Virus record (IMG/VR): IMGVR_UViG_3300037851_000452
Span: 41,846 to 105,845 of that record
Reading direction: 5' to 3' (one strand)
Origin: a virus
Length of the DNA stretch: 64,000 nt
Shown here: positions 56,695-64,000 of the stretch, one piece after another
Position numbering within the stretch: position 1 is the stretch's first letter
Layout of the letters: each line of letters begins with the position of its first letter
Position numbers and translations under genes: made by a program
Notes under the pieces: generated by a model
Seen by the model: the letters and a program-made list of their open reading frames with translations, nothing else
Told to the model about the DNA's origin: nothing
The model's database searches: none

Positions 56695-56859
56695 ATGAGA
56701 AAATGGATTCTCCTCCTGGCCATAACAATAGCAATAAACATCCCCTGCGGAGTCTACCTGCTTTCGGTAGGTAGGCTGTGGGGGGCAATAACAATAGGAT
56801 GCGCCATGATGGGAATGCTGTTCCTGGCCTTTGTGGTCAGGGAGGTAAGGAATGGTTGA
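56695..56859 (+). CDS. Small two-TM membrane protein (54 aa)
   Basis: AAAGGAGG RBS; MRKWILLLAITIAINIPCGVYLLSVG...; terminator at 56863-56884. Confidence 0.6.
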   Translation: MRKWILLLAITIAINIPCGVYLLSVGRLWGAITIGCAMMGMLFLAFVVREVRNG

Positions 56860-56909
56860 AGTAAGGGCGGAGTACCGCCCTTTCTCTTAACACGCAAGCA
56901 GGAGCTCTC

Positions 56910-57065
56910 GTGTGGGACGTTCTACAACTCGTAGGCACTGTCTTAAGTGTCCTTTGCGGTATCTACCTTCTGGCTACAGGTAATCTACTGCTCGGGATAC
57001 CACTTCTACTGTGGACAGGAATCGCTGTCCTTATCGTAATGACCCGGACATTAGAAAGGAGGTAA
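56910..57065 (+). CDS. Small two-TM membrane protein (51 aa)
   Basis: AGGAG RBS, GTG start; VLCGIYLLATG resembles the previous ORF. Confidence 0.5.
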   Translation: MWDVLQLVGTVLSVLCGIYLLATGNLLLGIPLLLWTGIAVLIVMTRTLERR

Positions 57066-57067
57066 GT

Positions 57068-57382
57068 ATGGAGAATCTCTTCAATGTTTTAGGCGACCTT
57101 ATGGCAAAGGATAAGGCCGCTGGCCTTGTTTACTACTCTCTAGACGAGAACAACCAGCCTGTCCCTTGTAGTAGGCCTGCGATACAGCCGTTGAAGCAGA
57201 CGAAAGTAGGGGACAGGGTAGTTTCTACCGTCTTCTTGAGCATCAACCATGCTTTCGATGACGGCCCACCGGTGTTGTGGGAGACGATGGTCTTTCCGGA
57301 AGGGGATTGCCGTCGATACACTACGCACAAAGACGCCCTAGAAGGGCATGAAGAGCTCGTAAGGGCTCTTCAAGGCGATTAG
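57068..57382 (+). CDS. Hypothetical phage protein
   Basis: AAAGGAGGT RBS; VSTVFLSINH...PVLWETMVF...RYTT...ALEGH. Confidence 0.65.
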   Translation: MENLFNVLGDLMAKDKAAGLVYYSLDENNQPVPCSRPAIQPLKQTKVGDRVVSTVFLSINHAFDDGPPVLWETMVFPEGDCRRYTTHKDALEGHEELVRALQGD

Positions 57383-57745
57383 ACGTGTCAGCTCGCGACG
57401 ACCGCGGCTCAACGCACGTCTGGACAAACCAAAGCATTGTGACAAGCCATCTCGAAACAGTCCCATTGACTATACGGGCCCTGCCGACCCCACACTACCC
57501 CGATAGACGAACCCTCCCACTACGTGCAGATCTATCCCTATGACAAACCATTAGACATTCCGGCACGTGACGCCCCTCACCCCGTCCCATAAGACTGGCC
57601 AGGTCTTCCCGACACCGCTCGTGGCCCCCCGACTCATCCTGACTGACCACCCCGCCGCAATACAGCTCGCCCCCAATGACTACCCGTCACGCCCCACTCC
57701 TGCCCTACTCGATAGACAATACATTCTCTGTCGAACCTACCCACC
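57382..57745 (+). repeat. Pentamer-periodic array ending at a terminator
   Basis: 57641 GACTG ACCAC CCCGC CGCAA TACAG CTCGC CCCCA AT / 57678 GACTA CCCGT CACGC CCCAC TCCTG CCCTA CTCGA TA. Confidence 0.82.
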
Positions 57746-57749
57746 ACTC

Positions 57750-57773
57750 AGGGGGCTCACAGAGCCCCCTTTA
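57750..57773 (+). terminator. Intrinsic terminator after the array
   Basis: AGGGGGCTC-ACA-GAGCCCCCT-TTA. Confidence 0.6.
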
Positions 57774-57831
57774 TATGTCCCCATCTTCGACTCTTAATAA
57801 GTGCTTAGAACGTTTTGTACCGTACCCACTT

Positions 57832-58161
57832 CTAGTATTTCGGCATTTTAGGGTCTATTAAGCTCTTCCTATAATCGTCTTTCCACTCCCTACCGTGGCG
57901 GGCGATTTCACTTTTTGGTGTATAATGTAATTCTCCTATAGCTTTTTCTGGTAGATAAGTTAATTCTCCTTTAGCTATAGCTTTTTTACGGCCAGCTTCA
58001 TAAGCAGCAACTCTAGGAGCAAGTATAGAACTATGCCTTTTCTGTCCTACTATAAATCGTCGTTCTCTTTCCAAAGCCTCCGCGTCATCAAGATCAAGAT
58101 CTAACCACGTACGTTTCGGACGACGTGCCAACTTCTGGTACGAGTTGAGTCCTTCCCTCAT
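57832..58161 (-). CDS. Hypothetical basic protein (AT-richer DNA)
   Basis: 109 aa ORF; no clear RBS. Confidence 0.4.
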   Translation of the reverse strand: MREGLNSYQKLARRPKRTWLDLDLDDAEALERERRFIVGQKRHSSILAPRVAAYEAGRKKAIAKGELTYLPEKAIGELHYTPKSEIARHGREWKDDYRKSLIDPKMPKY

Positions 58162-58347
58162 CAGGAGGTTCGGTAAGCCGTGCGTCTGCTGCGGGGCAGA
58201 CCTCGGCTACTACGTAACCAAAAGAGGGAGCCGCTGTAGGAGGTGCGGAATTTTGGACTAAAACTCACTCGCCCAGGAGAGGTTCACCCCCTCTCTCTTA
58301 TCCCATGGCTAAAAGAGGGGATGAGCCCCTTTGTAAATCACCAGCGG

Positions 58348-58599
58348 TCAGACCCCGTCGCAACTGTTGCAATGAATCCAACCGTCCTCCCCTCGATAGT
58401 CACCACTACGACTACCGCAATAGCCGCAGGGCTCCTCTAACCTCTCAGCCTTCAACCCCTCCCAGAAATAAGAGGCGGTCCCCCTATAGACCACCCCATC
58501 CGAGTATTTTACCAGGATGTCATCCCCATCCTGGCAGGCCTCTACTTCGGCCTTGGAATCATCCCAGTTCGTAACCACAAACGACCCTAAAAACTCCAT
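58348..58599 (-). CDS. Hypothetical protein with C-terminal Zn ribbon
   Basis: AAAGGAG RBS, own promoter; CGYC...CNSC. Confidence 0.6.
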   Translation of the reverse strand: MEFLGSFVVTNWDDSKAEVEACQDGDDILVKYSDGVVYRGTASYFWEGLKAERLEEPCGYCGSRSGDYRGEDGWIHCNSCDGV

Positions 58600-58621
58600 G
58601 GTAAAACTCCTTTCCACTATT

Positions 58622-58650
58622 CTTATACCGAAATGACCAGAATAAATTTT
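58622..58650 (-). promoter_or_regulatory. Phage promoter AAAAT-N16-GGTATAAG (minus strand)
   Basis: Motif copy in reverse orientation, upstream of a minus-strand gene. Confidence 0.6.
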
Positions 58651-58970
58651 ATCCTATGGTAACATATGGTAGATAAAGTTATTCACCTTGGGACGTAATC
58701 CCTAATGGTGGGGATTACGGTTATCGCCATATGTTGCCATAGGATAAATTTATTCCTACCCACGGTTTTACCCCCAGAAAAAATCTACCCGTAGAAAATC
58801 TCCCCCAGCGGTATTGGGGTCCCTTAATTCCCGGCAGGGTAGGGTATAGAAAATCTACCCCCGTGATGCTGAGGACTCCATAAAGTCAAAATCTACCCCA
58901 GCGATATTGGGTCCTCTGTGTACAAGTATTGACCCACCCCTTTCCCTTTTCATAGCCATAGTTCTACCCC
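58640..58970. repeat. Long inverted repeat plus AAAATCTACCC iteron-like repeats (putative origin)
   Basis: 58640-58676 pairs 58721-58755; four AAAATCT(A/C)CCC copies between about 58780 and 58900. Confidence 0.55.
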
Positions 58971-58977
58971 TTAAAGT

Positions 58978-59006
58978 GAAAATCTAGACCATCTGTCCGG
59001 TATAAG
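58978..59006 (+). promoter_or_regulatory. Phage promoter GAAAA-N16-GGTATAAG
   Basis: Perfect consensus. Confidence 0.65.
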
Positions 59007-59078
59007 GATTATGACTAGGAAACCCCTAGTCCTCGCCTTGGCATGATGCTGAAGGCGAGTCTTGCCCAGGAGGTTGTC

Positions 59079-59261
59079 ATGACGAACATTCGGAAGTGGT
59101 TGGCTGACGAGGCCCCGAAGGCGAAGGCGAAGGACGCCGGCAATGGTGGCGGGTGGATGCTCCCCACGGGCGTGGGCGTGGGCGCCCTCGCCCTCGGCCT
59201 CGCCGCGGGTCGCTACATCATCCCCAAGCAGAAGGAGGAAGTCGCCCCCTCCCGCAAGTAA
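59079..59261 (+). CDS. Small single-TM protein
   Basis: AGGAGG RBS before MTNIRKW; hydrophobic GVGVGALALGLAAG. Confidence 0.55.
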   Translation: MTNIRKWLADEAPKAKAKDAGNGGGWMLPTGVGVGALALGLAAGRYIIPKQKEEVAPSRK

Positions 59262-59426
59262 ACGCGGGAGGTGAAGAGGTCCCCACTCACATCGACAAAA
59301 CAACGAGTGGGGACCTCTCTCTTACCTGTTCTTTTTTACCTTATCTAATGACCCGGACATTACAGCTAGGTTTTATCAAGTGAATACAACCGCTTACATC
59401 TTGTCTAATGTCCGGGTCATTAAGGT

Positions 59427-59455
59427 GAAAAGCTGACTACACGTACGGGTATAAG
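59427..59455 (+). promoter_or_regulatory. Phage promoter GAAAA-N16-GGTATAAG, 4 bp downstream of a palindrome copy
   Basis: Perfect consensus. Confidence 0.65.
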
Positions 59456-59476
59456 AAAGTTGAAAGGAGGTTCCTT

Positions 59477-59608
59477 ATGGAACTGGAACTGTTTGAAGAG
59501 GAGCTGGAGGAGCTCGCCAAGGCGGAAGAGGCGGAGAAGGTCGTGGAGACGGAAGCCAGCCGTCGAAACGACCAGAGTGAGGATGAGGCCCCCACCAACA
59601 AGCCGTAG
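59477..59608 (+). CDS. Small highly acidic protein (43 aa)
   Basis: AAAGGAGG RBS; MELELFEEELEELAKAEEAEKVVETEASRRNDQSEDEAPTNKP. Confidence 0.55.
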   Translation: MELELFEEELEELAKAEEAEKVVETEASRRNDQSEDEAPTNKP

Positions 59609-59890
59609 TCTACGGCTGGAGACCGTAGACTACGGCTGGAGAGCTAAAGCTCTCCTATTAGCCCATTAACAGAATCCTATGGCAACGTATGGTAAATAAT
59701 TTAATCAGCTAACTACCTGTTTCTAAACGTCTTTTGGAGGTCTGTATGATTCTCTTTATCCTCTGGGCAAGTAAGAGGGGAGGTGCTTCGCACATTGTCT
59801 CATTTCATGAAAGGAGGGAGATGTATCTCTTTGTCTCATTTCTTGAGGGGGGTGTGTTTTGTCCATTATCTCGGTCTGTAGGTGGTGTCT

Positions 59891-60229
59891 ATGCGTATGT
59901 GGTGTATTCCTGCCTATTTGTTATGCGCGCGTCATCTTCTTGGGGAGCATAAGGAGTTGCATATGCTTTCGGGTAGTCTACGTTTGGGGCGCGCCCTTGG
60001 GGGATATATTAGCGGGGGATTGATTGAGGTGCATTCTATAGTGGCGCGGCATGGGGAGTTGGTGGAGGAGTTTGGTCGGAGGGGGTATGTCCATAGGAGT
60101 CCTTTGGTTGGGGAGTTCTTTATGGCGGGGAAAGTTGATGTTGCGCGCTCGTTGAGTGATTTGAAGGCGCGGTGTGTGGAATGTCGGAGGAGGATAGAGA
60201 GTGCAGAAGTTGAAGGCGCGGTTGTTTGA
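59891..60229 (+). CDS. denV: Pyrimidine dimer DNA glycosylase (DenV/endonuclease V-like)
   Basis: MRMW...LCARHLLGEHKELH...RHGELVEEFGRRGYVHRSP. Confidence 0.75.
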   Translation: MRMWCIPAYLLCARHLLGEHKELHMLSGSLRLGRALGGYISGGLIEVHSIVARHGELVEEFGRRGYVHRSPLVGEFFMAGKVDVARSLSDLKARCVECRRRIESAEVEGAVV

Positions 60230-60500
60230 TTCTGTGGATGAGAAGGAGATGTCGAAGGTCTTTAGGTGGCAGGAGAGGGTTAATTTGGGGCCGCGGTTTG
60301 GTGAAATACCGATTGGGTGGTACCAAGCGCATCATTGCGCGGTCATGGGGTGGATTCTTAAGGCGGTCAAGAGGACTGGTTCTCTGAACACGCGGGTATA
60401 TGAAGACAAGGGTGAGCTATGGGTGGAAAGAAGCGAGAGTCCAATCGGGAATGTAAAGGGGATAAGGGCAGAGGTGGAGAAGAGGTTATTACGACGTTGA
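60201..60500 (+). CDS. Hypothetical protein
   Basis: 99 aa, GTG start. Confidence 0.45.
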   Translation: MQKLKARLFDSVDEKEMSKVFRWQERVNLGPRFGEIPIGWYQAHHCAVMGWILKAVKRTGSLNTRVYEDKGELWVERSESPIGNVKGIRAEVEKRLLRR

Positions 60501-60811
60501 CCGCCGCTGAGGCGAAGAAAGTGAGGGAGCTCAAGTCTAAGCTGCGCCGACGTACGTTAGCCAATCCTGAAGGTGGGCTTCAGCCGCCGAGTCTGGTGTC
60601 TCTGCTGAGCCAAGTCGAATGGGCGTTAGACCATGAAGGGCAGTTCTTTCAGAAGTATGTAGACAATCTCTGGGAAACTTACGCCGAAGCCGCAAAGTGT
60701 ATGACTGCGGTTCTTGAAGCGTTAGTCGAGCTCGATGAAGAAGGAAACACGTTGATTAGGAAGATGACCAAGGAAAGGTGCGTCAAATGTCAGAGAAAAG
60801 TGAAGTCGTAG
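60419..60811 (+). CDS. Hypothetical protein (true start probably near 60497)
   Basis: ORF track. Confidence 0.45.
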   Translation: MGGKKRESNRECKGDKGRGGEEVITTLTAAEAKKVRELKSKLRRRTLANPEGGLQPPSLVSLLSQVEWALDHEGQFFQKYVDNLWETYAEAAKCMTAVLEALVELDEEGNTLIRKMTKERCVKCQRKVKS

Positions 60812-61107
60812 AGCCGAAGTGCATATACGTATCAGCGACGTTACAAAAGGTGGGTGGGAGGTGGGACTGTAGAGCGGGGGTGGAGAGCTCTTCAGTTGAC
60901 GTGCATGTGGGTCATCTGCTCATCGCCTGCCAGTTGTTATCTTCTCTTGCCCAGAAGTGCGTAGAAGACCGGGGCGGGGAATATGAGGACAAGGGCATGC
61001 TAGAGATACTCAATCTCACGTCGTCTATTCTTCAAGACAAGCCGATTTCTGGAGTGTTGGTGTGTAAAGCTGCGGGCCGCGAGGTTGTTGATGAAAAAGA
61101 AGCTTGA
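60778..61107 (+). CDS. Hypothetical protein
   Basis: ORF track, coupled operon. Confidence 0.5.
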   Translation: MRQMSEKSEVVEPKCIYVSATLQKVGGRWDCRAGVESSSVDVHVGHLLIACQLLSSLAQKCVEDRGGEYEDKGMLEILNLTSSILQDKPISGVLVCKAAGREVVDEKEA

Positions 61108-61357
61108 TTTGAGACAAGAGCTAGAGGAGCTTGAGGGGCACTTCAGCCCGGTTGTGCCGGGTACAATTATCTCGCGCTCTTTACACACAGACACAGAACC
61201 AGGTTGGGTAATTGCCTTTGGTCCTATGACGATGCCGAAGAAGATGTTCTACGGCTATACCATAGAAGAATGCCTGACCAAGGCGAGGAAGTTCGTAGAA
61301 ACCGGCGACCCGTCGTTGTTAGGCGTCAGGCAGACAGAAAGTGGGGGCATGGTCTAA
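61085..61357 (+). CDS. Hypothetical protein
   Basis: GAGG RBS. Confidence 0.5.
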   Translation: MLMKKKLDLRQELEELEGHFSPVVPGTIISRSLHTDTEPGWVIAFGPMTMPKKMFYGYTIEECLTKARKFVETGDPSLLGVRQTESGGMV

Positions 61358-61590
61358 TGTGTGAGCTATGTGAGATAGGTGAAGGGCCAGCGCCCATTAA
61401 GGAGCTTGCGCGCCGTTTGGTTCTACAAGAGCTGTTGAAGAGTGTGGCCGAAAATGGGTCTTTCGCATCCACGTACAGCTCGGTATGCCCATTTGAAACT
61501 ACCACTGTTCTCATGGAAAAGAGCACAGGAAGTGAGCGCTGGTTTCTTCTGTGGCCCGTATTCGGCGAGTTCAGTACGTTTTACACCTGA
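61357..61590 (+). CDS. Hypothetical protein
   Basis: TAATG coupling, start MCELCE. Confidence 0.5.
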   Translation: MCELCEIGEGPAPIKELARRLVLQELLKSVAENGSFASTYSSVCPFETTTVLMEKSTGSERWFLLWPVFGEFSTFYT

Positions 61591-61602
61591 GAGGAAGAAG
61601 AG

Positions 61603-62748
61603 ATGCTGGAGTGGCTGAAGCTAACCAACCTAAACCACATGAGGAACGTATATCTGGAGCTCGCCCCTAGACTGAATATCTTTACCGGGCCCAACGGGTC
61701 TGGAAAGAGCTTCATCCTGGACACGATATGGTGGGTCCTTACCTCCGAGTGGAGAGAGCACTCCATACACCCCGCTAAAGGAGTTAAAGCTACTATCGAA
61801 TTCAAGCCAGCAGGTAGAGAGGGCTCTGAGATGGTTTTCAACGAGTCTACGCGCTGTTGGAACCGTCGAAGCGGCTCTATGCACACATCCAGCACTAATG
61901 ACGTGGTCATTTACCTGAGCGGGGACGACCTTCACTTCTGTTCAAAGGCAGGTCTTTACCCTACGCACGAGTTAGAGCGCCAAAACTCGCTGTATAACAT
62001 CGGGTTCAACATTGCGAGGTGGAGAAAAGACAAGCCGGGGCTGTTGGACAGGTTTAGGAAGGTCTTAAACTCTTTGTCGGCGCCCCATTTACCTGTCGAA
62101 ATACCCGAAGAGGATAAAAACGTCTATGGGCTTCCCGTCCTGTTGATTGGAGGAGTTGAAACGCCTCTGATGTGGGCCTCGAGGAGTGTTTTAAGGTCCT
62201 TGATGCTAGCTGAATCCCTGATGACGGAATGGGAAGCCTATAGCGTCTCGTACGACAAGAACATCAGGGGCTTCACCATCCTGTGGGACACCCCGGAGAT
62301 CTATTTGGACCCCAAATGGGAAAGAGTGGCGGTTCCTGGCCTCTTGAAAGCCGTTCGAGAGCTGTCTGAAGAGTCCGTTGGGAAGTTCCAGATATTCGTA
62401 ACGACAAACTCGCCTTTGGTTATGGCCTCACTGGAGACCACGTTTAACAATAACGATGAGTGGTTTTCTATAAGCGCTCAAGGAGAGGTTAAGAAGTCTC
62501 CGTTCGTTCCTTGCGGGACTATAGACAACTGGCTGACCAGCAAAGCCTTTGGGCTAAAGTGCTCTAGGTCTTGTGAGGGAGAAGAGGCTGTATGCCTGGC
62601 GCTGAAGCTAATGGACAAGCCAAACCCGACTAGCAAAGAGATAGAGGAGGTAGACTCTAGCCTCCAACAAGGACTGTCCGAAGTCGATCACTTTTGGTCA
62701 AGCTGGCGATTCTTTAGAGACCAGGCCTTGGCCGATTTGGGTTGCTGA
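61603..62748 (+). CDS. ABC/AAA-family ATPase (PtuA/AriA/OLD-type) with degenerate catalytic motifs
   Basis: Walker A GPNGSGKS; Walker B ILWDTPEIYLDP; H-loop TTNSP. Confidence 0.75.
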   Translation: MLEWLKLTNLNHMRNVYLELAPRLNIFTGPNGSGKSFILDTIWWVLTSEWREHSIHPAKGVKATIEFKPAGREGSEMVFNESTRCWNRRSGSMHTSSTNDVVIYLSGDDLHFCSKAGLYPTHELERQNSLYNIGFNIARWRKDKPGLLDRFRKVLNSLSAPHLPVEIPEEDKNVYGLPVLLIGGVETPLMWASRSVLRSLMLAESLMTEWEAYSVSYDKNIRGFTILWDTPEIYLDPKWERVAVPGLLKAVRELSEESVGKFQIFVTTNSPLVMASLETTFNNNDEWFSISAQGEVKKSPFVPCGTIDNWLTSKAFGLKCSRSCEGEEAVCLALKLMDKPNPTSKEIEEVDSSLQQGLSEVDHFWSSWRFFRDQALADLGC

Positions 62749-62775
62749 AAGCGGATGTCCTGTTTTTGGCATAAG
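62747..62775 (+). promoter_or_regulatory. Phage promoter GAAAG-N16-GGCATAAG
   Basis: Motif variant. Confidence 0.5.
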
Positions 62776-62873
62776 AAGAATAGAGGTGATTGTGGCGCGG
62801 CTTAGGCCGCGATGTTTTAGGGTGGCCGCGCCCTATCATTTCATGTAGAAACCTTTTCGCAAAAGGTGTCTGC

Positions 62874-63032
62874 ATGAAAAAGCTGCTGTCTTGTTTGGCC
62901 ACTAGCTTCGGTGTTTCTTTTCTAGCAGGTCTCTTCACCGTGGTGTCTATGGGGTGGGAAATGGGCCTGCAGGTTTTCTTAGTGTCTCTGTTCGTTATCT
63001 TTAGTCTGGCCGTTATTGTGAGCAAGGAATGA
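62874..63032 (+). CDS. Small two-TM membrane protein
   Basis: Start MKKLLSC; two hydrophobic helices. Confidence 0.5.
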   Translation: MKKLLSCLATSFGVSFLAGLFTVVSMGWEMGLQVFLVSLFVIFSLAVIVSKE

Positions 63033-63050
63033 CGGCCTAGGAGGTGTGTT

Positions 63051-63425
63051 GTGGGAATACGAACGTTTGTGTCTCCTCGAGCTGGGGCAGCTATTGGTCT
63101 GATAAAGAACCTGTACCGAGCAAAAGGGCTGGCTTCGGCCGTTTCCCCTGAGCTTGAGAAGAAGATTGGGGAGATCATCAAGAACCTGTCCAACAAGTGG
63201 GAGAGCTCGCTTGGTGATTTGAATGTCCTTGCCGCTTACGATTTCTCTCTAGCAGGGATGAGGGCCTTGGATGAAGGATATCCGATGAACTCGTTCAGGC
63301 TGGTGGACTCCGAGGATATTGAGTCCCTACGAGCAATCAAGAACGCGTTTCAGTACCTTAACGACACGGCCATGCAAGCTCTAGAAGAAATCGACCGAGG
63401 CCGGGCTGAAAGGACCGACCAGTGA
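63051..63425 (+). CDS. Hypothetical protein
   Basis: AGGAGGT RBS. Confidence 0.55.
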   Translation: MGIRTFVSPRAGAAIGLIKNLYRAKGLASAVSPELEKKIGEIIKNLSNKWESSLGDLNVLAAYDFSLAGMRALDEGYPMNSFRLVDSEDIESLRAIKNAFQYLNDTAMQALEEIDRGRAERTDQ

Positions 63426-63793
63426 GGTACGTGATAGAACTAAACGAGAGGCAGGCGGGGGTGGTTCATAGGGCTCTCGACCTCTACAGCCGAGTCTTGT
63501 CCGGGCAGCTTGACGCTGTACCGTACGAGCTCCGGTACGAAGGACTGCTTCCCCATGATAAAGGAAGTCTTTTGGAAGAGGCTTTGAAGAAAGTCCCAAT
63601 CGAAGAGCGCGGCATATCAAACACACAGTTCAATGCTAAAATAGCCTACGACATCCTGCAGGTCGTTAGGCACCGACTGGCGTGGGACAAGAGCCCTACG
63701 GGAGGGATTCACGTGGATTTTGATCCTCCACTGTTTTACAGCGGGATTGAGCCTCCAAAAATGACGGCAATAGAGAGCTCGAAAGAGCTTTAG
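63422..63793 (+). CDS. Hypothetical phage protein
   Basis: ALDLYSRVLSGQL...AYDILQVVRH. Confidence 0.6.
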   Translation: MRYVIELNERQAGVVHRALDLYSRVLSGQLDAVPYELRYEGLLPHDKGSLLEEALKKVPIEERGISNTQFNAKIAYDILQVVRHRLAWDKSPTGGIHVDFDPPLFYSGIEPPKMTAIESSKEL

Positions 63794-64000
63794 ATATATC
63801 GGGCGGAGTCCAGCCTGGGGGCTTAAGAATCTTTCCGTCGAATCTTTTGCCCCCTCCCTCTTTCCTCATGTTAGCTGTATGGATTTCATCCCACACACTG
63901 TTCATATCAATACCGTAAGCGGCAGCAGTTCCTAACAATACGTAAATAAGGTCTCCAATAGCGTCTGCCACCAGGTCGATTCGTTTTAGAGACATGGCCA
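63696..64000 (-). CDS. MazG-like nucleoside triphosphate pyrophosphohydrolase (5' partial)
   Basis: ADAIGDLIYV, WDEIHTANMRK, DGKILKPPGWTPPDI. Confidence 0.8.
   Translation of the reverse strand, partial: AMSLKRIDLVADAIGDLIYVLLGTAAAYGIDMNSVWDEIHTANMRKEGGGKRFDGKILKPPGWTPPDISKALSSSLLPSFLEAQSRCKTVEDQNPRESLP

Larger units (their letters stand above)
24653..59422. repeat. Dispersed 17-bp near-palindrome TAATGACCCGGACATTA (about 12 copies)
   Basis: Copies at 24653, 26809, 32069, 35779, 45290(rc), 46173, 54174(rc), 56032, 56211, 57037, 59346, 59406(rc); partial copies at 54197 and 51456. Confidence 0.85.

Noticed and set aside
56054-57745. Conventional CRISPR array
   Set aside because: No identical 23-50-bp repeats separated by spacers; conservation is limited to a short GAC head and every fifth base
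47009-57861. Short R/P/T-rich ORFs over the arrays (47009, 48438, 53871, 56074, 57567 and antisense)
   Set aside because: No RBS, low-complexity products explained by the period-5 DNA pattern
1-64000. Stop-codon reassignment
   Set aside because: Long genes are intact in code 11, and TAG/TGA stops fall at plausible protein ends next to the following gene

Overview
This looks like a 64-kb segment of a large tailed dsDNA phage genome (about 50% GC, standard genetic code; host not identifiable from the sequence). The left part (1-27.9 kb, mostly minus strand) holds virion and morphogenesis genes: tail-fibre-like proteins, baseplate-like proteins, tape measure and a -1 frameshifted tail assembly chaperone. 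It also carries a sigma factor, a WGR-domain DNA ligase, GroES and RecA. The right part (28-64 kb, mostly plus strand) is accessory/early. It includes thyX split by a group I intron with an HNH endonuclease, an amidase, a radical SAM protein, Ro60/Rsr with a tandem Y RNA/YrlA cluster, two tRNAs, large orphan structured RNAs, four antirepressor-like paralogues, a DHH phosphoesterase, a pyrimidine-dimer glycosylase, a degenerate ABC/AAA ATPase and a putative origin region near 58.6-59.9 kb. The main candidate for a new system is a stand-alone Cas7-like RAMP gene (32991-33851) plus at least eight dispersed non-coding arrays. These arrays are built of GAC-headed units of pentamers with a near-invariant C every fifth base (NNCNN), usually 5n+2 or 5n+3 nt long, and may be guide RNAs of a non-CRISPR RNA-guided system. 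A 17-bp near-palindrome (TAATGACCCGGACATTA, about 12 copies) and a phage promoter motif (GAAAA-N16-GGTATAAG, 12 copies) recur throughout. All calls are by eye; no database searches were run.
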